Shown: piece after piece, positions 1 through 6,504 of the stretch | Layout: each line of letters begins with the position of its first letter | Position numbering within the stretch: the first letter of the stretch is position 1 | DNA from: Paraspadella gotoi | Lineage: Eukaryota; Animalia; Chaetognatha | NCBI GenBank assembly: GCA_051294375.1 | Contig: JBJCIZ010001323.1 | Span: 1 to 6,504, forward strand | Length of the DNA: 6,504 bases | Direction of reading: 5' to 3' | Notes under the pieces: model-generated | What the model was told of the DNA's origin: nothing | The model's input: only the letters and a program-made list of their open reading frames with translations | The model's database searches: none | Position numbers and translations under genes: made by a program

Positions 1-50
1 CAACTGATCTTCCTCTTAATCCCTTTCTCCAACGACCTTACCATTCCTTT

Positions 51-110
51 ACCTCGCCATGCTTCTTTGCCCTTCGCCATGCCTTTTTGCCACCTTGCCA
101 TGTCTTCTTT
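51..110. repeat. Three-copy imperfect tandem repeat, period about 20 nt
   Basis: acctcgccatgcttctttgc (51-70), ccttcgccatgcctttttgc (71-90), accttgccatgtcttcttt (92-110); shared core GCCATG followed by a pyrimidine run. Confidence 0.75.
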
Positions 111-262
111 TCGATATTGTGTCTGGAATTTGGAATCTGAATCTAAATGCCTCTTCTCCTTTGTGAATTTCACTGATTTCAGTGATTCTCAATCGCGCTT
201 TCACACTGTAATCATTCCTTTCATTAATTAATTGACCCATTAATTTATTGCATTGAACATTA

Positions 263-406
263 ATTGATTGATTGATTGATTTTTTAAATCTGTTTTTTGG
301 ATTCATCAATTCATTCATTCATCATTCTCATTCATCATTCATTCATTCATTTATTTAAATTTATTTCATTTATGTATTGTATTTATTTATTCATTCAATC
401 ATTTAT
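263..406. repeat. Compound degenerate tetranucleotide microsatellite (ATTG)n / (ATTC)n / (ATTT)n
   Basis: (ATTG)4 at 263-278, interrupted (ATTC)n at about 301-350, grading into ATTT units to about 406. Confidence 0.85.
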
Positions 407-539
407 TCTTCTTTCACCTCGTCTCTCACCCTTAACCTTACCTTCCTCTCTTTCGACCTACTTACCTTTCCTCACTCGCACCCTCAACGACGCGAGGAAA
501 TTCTACACTCACCCTCTCTATTCTCTCTTGATCTTTGGC

Positions 540-544
<5 letters not shown>

Positions 545-616
<72 letters not shown>
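545..616. repeat. Perfect (TC)36 microsatellite
   Basis: Uninterrupted TC dinucleotide run; source of the poly-SL and poly-RE ORFs in the track. Confidence 0.98.
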
Positions 617-625
<9 letters not shown>

Positions 626-725
626 GCTGTTTAGTCTCTTTAGTCTCCTTCACCGTTAATTTGTTTGCATTTTTGTTTATTTACGATTTTCGTTTAGCGA
701 TGAGGGCAAGGGAAAGGGCAGAATC

Positions 726-799
726 TCATCTCTCCTCTCTCTCTCCTCTCTCCTCTCTCTCTCTCCTTCTCTCTCTCCTCCTCTCTCTCTCCTCTCTTT

Positions 800-832
<33 letters not shown>

Positions 833-842
833 GTCTCTCTCT
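726..842. repeat. Degenerate (CT)n microsatellite
   Basis: CT repeat interrupted by single extra or missing C/T bases. Confidence 0.9.
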
Positions 843-1030
843 CGATCGGCATTATCGAATACTTTGCGTTGTGCGCCGTTCCATCTGATTTAGCTAACAA
901 ATAGATATTTAAAAGTTCTTGGAATCTTTAATATTCACAGTTTTTTTTACCATTTATACATTTACACATTTTTTAAATGATAATGGAAAAAGACTGAAAA
1001 AAGTGGTCTACCGATTAAATAAGCAGTACG

Positions 1031-1080
1031 CACAGACAGCATAGACAGACAGATACGATAGACAGACAGTTAGATTAGAT
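1031..1080. repeat. Degenerate (GACA)/(GATA) simple repeat
   Basis: cacagacagcatagacagacagatacgatagacagacagttagattagat. Confidence 0.7.
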
Positions 1081-1303
1081 ATCCACTACTTGTAAAACTG
1101 CTTCCGTTGTCGATAATTTGACGCCAAGTGGTTTTGCGTCATTTCAAAACGTTGCGACTTTGCGCACGCAACTTTAATTCGCGTGCCCTTGATCGCATGA
1201 CGATGGTTAACACGCACGTCGATATTTGCGTATTGAAACGAGTCGACCTCGGATTAACGCGTGCGGAGAAGAGACGCAGCTGAACTCGAATTCGGAGCTG
1301 AAT

Positions 1304-1360
1304 GTGAGAGAGAGCAGGAGAGAGAGAGAGACGAGAGAGCAGAGAGAGAGAAGACGAGAA
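1304..1360. repeat. Degenerate (AG)n microsatellite
   Basis: gagagagagcaggagagagagagagacgagagagcagagagagagaagacgagaa; AG repeat with scattered single C insertions. Confidence 0.85.
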
Positions 1361-1510
1361 GGGACCCCGGTCCGCGGGGGCGCTCAATTTGCGTCCGGGC
1401 GGGCCCATCGGATGGAGCCGCCGTCTACCTCCCGGCCCTTCCCACGGCGAACCAAACTCTAGGGTTCCGGCGAACCATCAGACAGCGCGCTTTGTCCGTC
1501 GACGCCCGGG
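1361..1510. other. GC/CpG-rich island with consecutive predicted stem-loops
   Basis: GGAC-CCCG-GTCC; GGGCGC-TCAATTT-GCGTCC; GGCGGGCCCAT-CGG-ATGGAGCCGCC (1398-1422); GAACC...GGTTC. Pairings seen directly; function unknown. Confidence 0.45.
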
Positions 1511-1589
1511 TCGCCACGTAGCACGAAAACGGAAGACGATGAGAGAAAAAAGCCGGAGACTAGATGCTACGCCACCGGCGCACGCAGAC

Positions 1590-1666
1590 GGAAGAGACAA
1601 GACACAAACCGAGAGAGAGAGGACAGATAGAATCGAGAGAGAGAGAAGCAGAAGAGAGTCTTAAAG
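1590..1666. repeat. AG-rich low-complexity tract
   Basis: Purine-rich gagagagag runs with interruptions. Confidence 0.75.
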
Positions 1667-1935
1667 AGAAAGTCTAAGGCGATAATAGTTCATTTGGTTA
1701 TTGAAGCTCGACTTCGGAGTTCATCTAAAGTAATGACTAGATACTATCACGAATAGCTTGTTTTGTCGATTCGTTGTCGTTGTTGTTGTTATCGTTGTTC
1801 ATTCTCGACAATGGCTTTTTGTCATTCCCCTTATTCTACTATGGTTCACTTTGGTGATTCAACACAAGATTAGCTCTGAGTGGTGCAACACAATATAAAA
1901 AAATAATTATTATTCATATAATTCGCTATTGACAG

Positions 1936-2089
1936 GCTAAGTTAGTGCCTCTAATGCGCGCTCTACTAGATAGAAGGTAACCAGTAGCCGGGACCTGGCA
2001 GAATCACAATCCGTCTTCTTCACAGTCCACCTCCATTCAAGTTTGTGAGGAGCGTTGTGCCTCTTTTGAGATCCAATCAAATATCTCGG
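1936..2089 (+). other. Candidate internal exon (154 nt), frameshifted or containing sequence errors; product unidentified
   Basis: Acceptor-like ttgacag|G at 1929-1936 after an AT-rich stretch; donor-like CG|gtatgc at 2088-2095; GC higher than both flanks. Reads AKLVPLMRALLDR, then in another frame after a stop PGPGRITIRLLHSPPPFKFVRSVVPLFEIQSNIS. No single frame is open throughout. Confidence 0.25.
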
Positions 2090-2307
2090 TATGCGGATAA
2101 AATGTTTCAAAAACTTTTCAATTGTCAAAAATGACAGATCCTTGAATTTATTCGATGCACTGGCAATCGCTGGTGCCCATGCGCAGTGATTCTCTCTATC
2201 TTCTCATCTTCTCTGATTCCTGTCGTCGTTTGTGCATCGTCGTCTTCGCCATCATCGCCTTTTTATTCGATTATTTCATTGAAATCGATTTAACCGACTC
2301 AAAAAAA

Positions 2308-2323
2308 TGACGTCAAGATGACG
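2308..2323. promoter_or_regulatory. Perfect CRE/ATF-type palindrome plus adjacent half site
   Basis: TGACGTCA at 2308-2315 and TGACG at 2319-2323. Motif match only. Confidence 0.3.
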
Positions 2324-2467
2324 CGTCCTTTCCGTGCTGTGTTTAAAGTTTAAAGTAGAAAAAGACTTTTGTTTGCGGATAGTTTTACATGAATGAAAGA
2401 CTTGAAAATTAAAAATTATTGAAACTACATGAATGTGAAATCAATGAATGACGGCTAGATTGCTACA

Positions 2468-2481
2468 CGCGAGTACTCGCG
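2468..2481. repeat. Perfect 14-bp palindrome CGCGAGTACTCGCG
   Basis: Self-reverse-complementary; GC-rich element in an AT-rich context. Confidence 0.9.
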
Positions 2482-2754
2482 GCCGCCCCGCAACTAAAAA
2501 AAAGTGACTTGATTTTTCACCTCAGATTTTTTTTCATCAGTGTCTTCAGATTCTATTGTTATTTCAGTGGTTACTCTTTAAGCCTCTTTCCTTTAGCGCT
2601 ATTTTACATTTCGCCTCACTTTTTCTTCTCTTATCTGCTGTTTGATCTAAGCTTTCTTATGTGTCTCAGTATCTCCGCTTCTCAGTGTCTAACTGCGCTG
2701 CTCCATCTACACTATATTTCTCTCGCATCATATCTCGCGCTTGTGACGCGTGCG

Positions 2755-2800
2755 TCTCTCTCTCTCTCTCTCTGCAGTCTCTAACTCCTCTCTCCTCTCT
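2755..2800. repeat. (CT)n microsatellite, partly degenerate
   Basis: tctctctctctctctc followed by ctcctctctcctctct. Confidence 0.85.
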
Positions 2801-2894
2801 AGCGTGGCCGAAGATGAATGACTTCATCCTTCGCATCGCTGAACTGATCACAAATAGTGGAGCCAGAGACGCGCGGGTGCCGGTCCACCAAAGC

Positions 2895-2952
2895 AGAGAG
2901 CCAAAGAGCAGAGCAGAGAGAGAGACGAGAAGAAGAGAGAGAGAGCGAGCGA
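2895..2952. repeat. Degenerate (AG)n microsatellite
   Basis: agagcagagcagagagagagacgagaagaagagagagagagcgagc. Confidence 0.85.
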
Positions 2953-3048
2953 GGAGTGCCTCAACAAGAAGCTAAGACCCTCTACTCAGATTCTTGCAAC
3001 TTACCGCGCCTTCAGACAGTGACTCCTTTACCGTGCCGGAGCGCAAGC

Positions 3049-3461
3049 GTTCGAATACACCTCCCCATTCGTCCCTCCTTATTTCCGCCTGTATCCCCCT
3101 AACCCTCCACATCCCTTACCCACAGGCTCCTCCCGCTCTCACCTCTGCAGAAACCCACGACCCGGGTGCCCCAAAGAGGGCGAACTCACCCTGTCAGCCA
3201 CGTAAATAACATTCCAGGACTTCCTGAGAAGAGAAAAGGGTTTTTGAGAGAGGCGCGATAAAAAGATGAGGGGAGAGAGGAAAGGCGCGATCGGAGAACG
3301 AGCAGGGGTGACAGGATCGGGTGAGGCATGCAAGGGGATATGCCAGCAGTGTCGATACGATTTCCAACGATGGCGAGGGGATGCATCGGGCGCAACACGA
3401 AGACGAACTCGGGGTCAGGCGCGAATGTAAGTGAGTAGGGAATCCGCCTCAGGACTCGAAC
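3049..3461. repeat. Very imperfect inverted repeat (arms about 3049-3196 and 3309-3461), possibly retroelement-derived
   Basis: Collinear anchors: GTTCGA 3049 vs rc 3456-3461; CGCCTG 3086 vs rc 3416-3421; CTCACCC..TGTCA 3185-3196 vs rc 3309-3325. Anchor spacings are similar in both arms, but identity between anchors is low. Confidence 0.3.
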
Positions 3462-4009
3462 ATGAACATGAAACGTACTTGACCCGAAGCGCATTTGCTG
3501 TGCTCTAGGAGGGCACACGAGACGGTCGCAAAAACATCAAAGTGCGAGCATCGAGACTGAACCGTAAAAATAGCCAGGAGACGAAAACGAGGCTCATATT
3601 GACAAACGTCTAGTGGTCCCCAGGTGTAACCCTACGCAGTGGCCGTTCAGAAACCGTGTGCGCTCCGGGCTTATCCAACATCCACTTGTCTTATTTCTAT
3701 CTGCTCGGGCATATCTCTATCTCCTCTTTTGATTTTTCTCTCGCTTATCTCTCTCCTCTTTTACCTATGGTTGACACTCGGCAACTCGGTGGAAGTCGAG
3801 ATAAAGATCTTGAGCATCTTCCTGCTAAGAGTTTGATCTTGTTGTTACGTTATATAGTGTCTCAGGCTTAACTTAAGTACATCTACGAACCAAGGCGTGA
3901 ATCAGTATGCTGGAATATTTCGTTGTTTAAATCTTTTCTCTGTGTACCCGAATTTTATCTTGACTGCAGAATTATCTTATTTTAAGAACAAGAGCGAGTC
4001 TTCGGCGGA

Positions 4010-4616
4010 TATATTTCACACCGCCTCACGTCACACCCATCGTTCACGCCAAATCCCTGCTCTGGCTCAGAGGGGCGAACACACCCATCCCAGCGTCTGA
4101 AGATGTACGCAGGTCCCCAACAGAGTTGCGCTATAATGTGACTCCCTCATGCGTTGGGCCCAGAGATGCGAGGACCCGTGGCCTAGAGGTAAACGCTCCG
4201 CCGCGCAGTGACTGGAATGCGTCCACTGAGCGTCGGAAGGCCCCGGAGACGCCACAACAGTACGGACCGATTGCCCATACCCAGGATCGGGCGCATCCCA
4301 GGCAACACCACCGGGGCCCTGTTGCCATAAGCCCTGCTCCGTAGAGCCCTACTATCATCGAACTCACGCCCAACCTTCTCTACACGGAGGTAACAGCAGT
4401 CAAGGACCAAAAAGTATCTTGTCCTATGCACCATGCCGACTTTGGGTACGCTAAACTACTCACAATCGCCGTCGGGATGGCCATCTTCTCTGCGCGCGTA
4501 CGCAGGGACGAACACAGCAACCGACCTATGCCCCCACAAACTCGGCGCTCATCTCATCTTCATCCCTCTTCCCCCACTATGGTGACAGTCTTGTCAGGAC
4601 ACCTCTCAGCGCTTGA
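4010..4616 (+). mobile_element. Degenerate BEL/Pao-like LTR retrotransposon pol fragment (RNase H-integrase linker, HHCC zinc finger, start of integrase core)
   Basis: Ordered motif remnants: IVHAKSLLWLRGA (4039-4077); LSVGRPRRRHNSTDRLP (4226-4276, cf. LRVGGRLxxSxLP); DRAHP (4285-4299) and ALLP (to 4327, cf. KHPILLP). Then one frame with a single internal stop: YYHRTHAQPSLHGG..GPKSILSY..RLWVR*..LLCARTQGRTQQP..SLFPHYGD (4350-4586), cf. YHxxxLHAGPxxLLSxLRxRYW..CxxC..QQxM..PFxHxGVDYAGP. The consensus is recalled from memory, not from a search. Confidence 0.6.
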
Positions 4617-4624
4617 GGAACCTG

Positions 4625-4965
4625 AGTGATGTTCTTGTCCGGGGATCCTGTGGCAGTATATTCACACCGCCTCACGTCCACCATCGTTCGAGCCCAACAT
4701 CCAATATGACATACAGCGGATCGGGAAGAAACAGCACCACATTCCCCAGGCGTATGTGTCCTCCCATCCACAGTCCTAATTGACTTCCTTCGTCTGCCGT
4801 TGCCTAAAGCTCGAACCTGTCCCTAGGCGGGTAAGCTGCGCCCAGTGACTGCGATGCCGGTCACTGGATAGCTTGGTCGGAAGGACCCCCTAATAGCACC
4901 CAACAGTGTAGATGCCCCATCCAGATCGCGGGCATTCTCACAGGTAACCCGGCTGCCTTGCATCA
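4625..4965 (+). mobile_element. Second, truncated copy of the 4010-4330 segment (direct repeat, offset about 645 nt)
   Basis: Exact anchors: TTCACACCGCCTCACGTC 4015/4661; CCATCGTTC 4037/4681; CAGTGACTG 4206/4843; GTCGGAAGG 4232/4876; CAACAGT 4255/4901. Offsets 637-646. The repeat itself is well supported; the element identity depends on the Pao call. Confidence 0.7.
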
Positions 4966-4980
4966 ATTCTTCTTTAATCT

Positions 4981-5100
4981 ACTCCTCCTCTCTCTCTCTC
5001 TCTTCTTTCTCCTGCTCTCTTGTTTTCTCGATCTTTCTCTCTGTTAATATCTCTCTCTCTTTTATGTTTCCTTCTCTTTAACTCTCATCTTTCTTTTTGT
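4981..5100. repeat. CT/T-rich low-complexity tract
   Basis: Interrupted ctctctctc and poly-T runs abutting the end of the second retroelement-like copy. Confidence 0.8.
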
Positions 5101-5170
5101 TTGTTTAGCTTTTTTTATTTAAAAAAACCACGATGACAGTGACAAAGCTTAGCTTTTAAATATTTCTCTG

Positions 5171-5236
5171 GCTCTTTCTCTTTTATTTGTTTAGGGTTAA
5201 AAGTTTTTTCAGAGTTCTTTTAAAGTTGGTTTATTT
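5171..5236 (+). repeat. Partial, internally deleted copy of the start of the 373-bp unit
   Basis: gctctttctcttttatttgtttag (5171-5194) matches 5496-5518; aaagttttttcagagttcttttaaagttggtttattt (5200-5236) matches 5557-5593. Confidence 0.8.
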
Positions 5237-5502
5237 TATTTTATTCTTTCAGAAAATATCTCTTTTGATTTTTTCTTGTTATCTCTCTCTCTATTTTTCC
5301 TTCACTTTGATCTTTTGTTTGAAAATATATAATCATTTTTGAAAATCGAATTATTGATAATACTTAAGTACAAATAACAAATTTTTACCCTAGGAATTTT
5401 TCATGTAATGAACTAGGATTTTGATTTACACTTACAGTAGATACTTTTTTTTAATTTTCCTTCGCTAACTCTTATCTTTCTTTTCAATTTCCCTCGCTCT
5501 TT

Positions 5503-5875
5503 CTTTTTATTTGTTTAGCTTTTTAATTCTTCGGACTTTTTCTCTGTTGTTTGTTTAAAGTTCTTTCAGAGTTCTTTTACACTTGGTTTATTTACACGGA
5601 TTGATTATTGACAAACAGCTCTACAATTTTCACAATGGCTAGGATACAACGCGGCAATTTTGTAAAAGTTGTAAATGGTAAAATCAAGAAACTTTTTAAC
5701 ATATTTTAAGGGGACCAAGTGATCAGTGGGGTAAAAAGCTGAAAGAATAACGTTTGATTTTTTAAATTAAGCTTGTTCTGACCATATGATTCTTTCCTCT
5801 TTAATCATTTGGGAAAGTAGTTAAAAAATTTAATATAATAATATAATCAGCTTGCCTAATTTTCTTTAAAGAAAT
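5503..5875 (+). repeat. Tandem duplication unit, copy 1 (373 bp)
   Basis: Aligns end to end with 5876-6232. Long shared blocks include gttctttcagagttcttttaca, attgacaaacagct and taaaaagctgaaagaataacgtttgattt. Confidence 0.95.
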
Positions 5876-6232
5876 CTTTTTATTTGTTTAGTTTTTCAAT
5901 TTTTATGGCTTTTTCTCTGTTATTTGTTTAATGTTCTTTCAGAGTTCTTTTACAGTTGGTTTATTTATACGGATGTAAACACGATTGACAAACAGCTTTA
6001 TAATTTTCTTAATAGCAAGGATACAATGCGGAAATTTTTTAAAAGTTGTAAATGATAAAATCAAAAAACTTTCTAACATATTTTAAAGGGACTAAATGAT
6101 CAGTGGGGGTAAAAAGCTGAAAGAATAACGTTTGATTTATTTAATTCATATCATATGATTCTTTCTTTTATAATCATTTAGGAGAGTAGTTAAAAAATTC
6201 AATATAATCAGCTTGTCTAATTTTTTTAAAAA
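5876..6232 (+). repeat. Tandem duplication unit, copy 2
   Basis: Begins with ctttttatttgtttag exactly 373 nt after copy 1; mostly substitutions plus three indels of roughly 6-8 nt. Confidence 0.95.
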
Positions 6233-6239
6233 ACTTGGT

Positions 6240-6504
6240 AAGAAAAAATCTTTTTCTGGAAAAGGGTAAGATTTAATTTTAATTAATAGTTATTATAGTT
6301 TTGTTTTTATAGGAATATAATTTAGGTTTTATTTTTCTGTTTTTAAATACATATAAAAATTAAAAAATATTAGTTTTATAAAGCTGTTGTTCAATAAAGT
6401 TTAAACCTAAAATTTTAGCTTTATACAATAAAAAATAAAAATTTGGAATTTAATAAAAAAAATATTTTTTTGTTTTAAAAATAAAATAATGCATGATGTA
6501 AATA
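6240..6504. other. Extremely AT-rich low-complexity tract
   Basis: A/T homopolymer runs, very few G/C, no informative ORF. Confidence 0.8.

Noticed and set aside
297-888. ORFs 297-659, 377-634, 462-653 and 535-888
   Set aside because: Translations of (ATTC)n and (CT)n/(AG)n microsatellites (poly-SL, poly-RE); no domain content.
1139-1664. Overlapping ORFs of 78-91 aa
   Set aside because: Driven by AG tracts and a stop-poor GC-rich island; no recognisable protein.
2510-2549. Minus-strand CTGAAGA/CTGATGA followed by GAAA
   Set aside because: The intervening sequence (A-run, TCTGAGGT) cannot form stem II, and there is no convincing stem III.
2509-3209. ORFs of 61-104 aa
   Set aside because: Low-complexity CT/AG-derived sequence or chance frames; no motifs.
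4015-4045. CCTCACGT resembling an HDV/CPEB3-type ribozyme L3 loop
   Set aside because: Flanks do not form P3, and no P1/P1.1/P2 partners were found.
4097-4103. CTGAAGA hammerhead-core-like motif suggesting a retrozyme or satellite ribozyme in the direct repeat
   Set aside because: No stem II followed by GAAA, and not conserved in the second copy.
3049-4695. B-box-like GTTCGA motifs (3049 +, 3452-3461 -, 4686 +) as tRNA or SINE
   Set aside because: No matching A box or acceptor stem; no cloverleaf can be built.
4843-4884. ACTGCGATGCCGGTC resembling a twister ribozyme segment, with hairpin CAGTGAC/GTCACTG
   Set aside because: Lacks the CCAAGCCCGG and UAA elements; the hairpin is imperfect in copy 1 and lies in pol-like sequence.
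4010-4965. Direct repeats interpreted as LTRs or a CRISPR array
   Set aside because: No TG...CA ends, PBS or PPT; only two long diverged copies; no repeat-spacer periodicity; eukaryotic context.
3095-5198. Isolated CCCTAA/TTAGGG hexamers
   Set aside because: Single occurrences, not a telomeric array.
5635-5709. Small ORF MARIQRGNFVKVVNGKIKKLFNIF with frame kept in copy 2
   Set aside because: Start codon lost in copy 2 and most differences are non-synonymous; no sign of selection.
5724-5740. CAGTGGGGTAAAAAG resembling a Tc1-like terminal repeat
   Set aside because: Not preceded by a TA target site, no inverted partner, and internal to the tandem unit.
6390-6490. Several AATAAA poly(A) signals
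   Set aside because: Expected by chance in near-pure AT sequence; no linked transcript evidence.

Overview
Eukaryotic, mostly non-coding DNA, probably from an animal and plausibly an insect (inferred from long CT/AG microsatellites and CpG-rich patches in an AT-rich background). None of the supplied ORFs is a credible intact gene; most are translations of microsatellites or chance frames. The main hidden signal is a heavily degraded BEL/Pao-like LTR retrotransposon pol remnant at about 4010-4616 (+). Its RNase H/integrase linker, HHCC zinc-finger and pre-core motifs are recognisable in the expected order across frameshifts. A second, truncated, indel-riddled copy follows about 645 nt downstream (about 4625-4965). 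A faint inverted-repeat pair at 3049-3461 may be further copies. Other features are a two-copy tandem duplication (period 373 bp, 5503-6232) with one-sided GC-to-AT divergence, a partial third copy of it, a possible frameshifted host exon (1936-2089), a GC-rich multi-hairpin island, a perfect CRE site and possible Helitron-like 3' ends. Much of 1-5000 looks like error-rich long-read sequence, which limits every call. All alignments were made by eye and no database search was run. I found no convincing evidence of a novel system.
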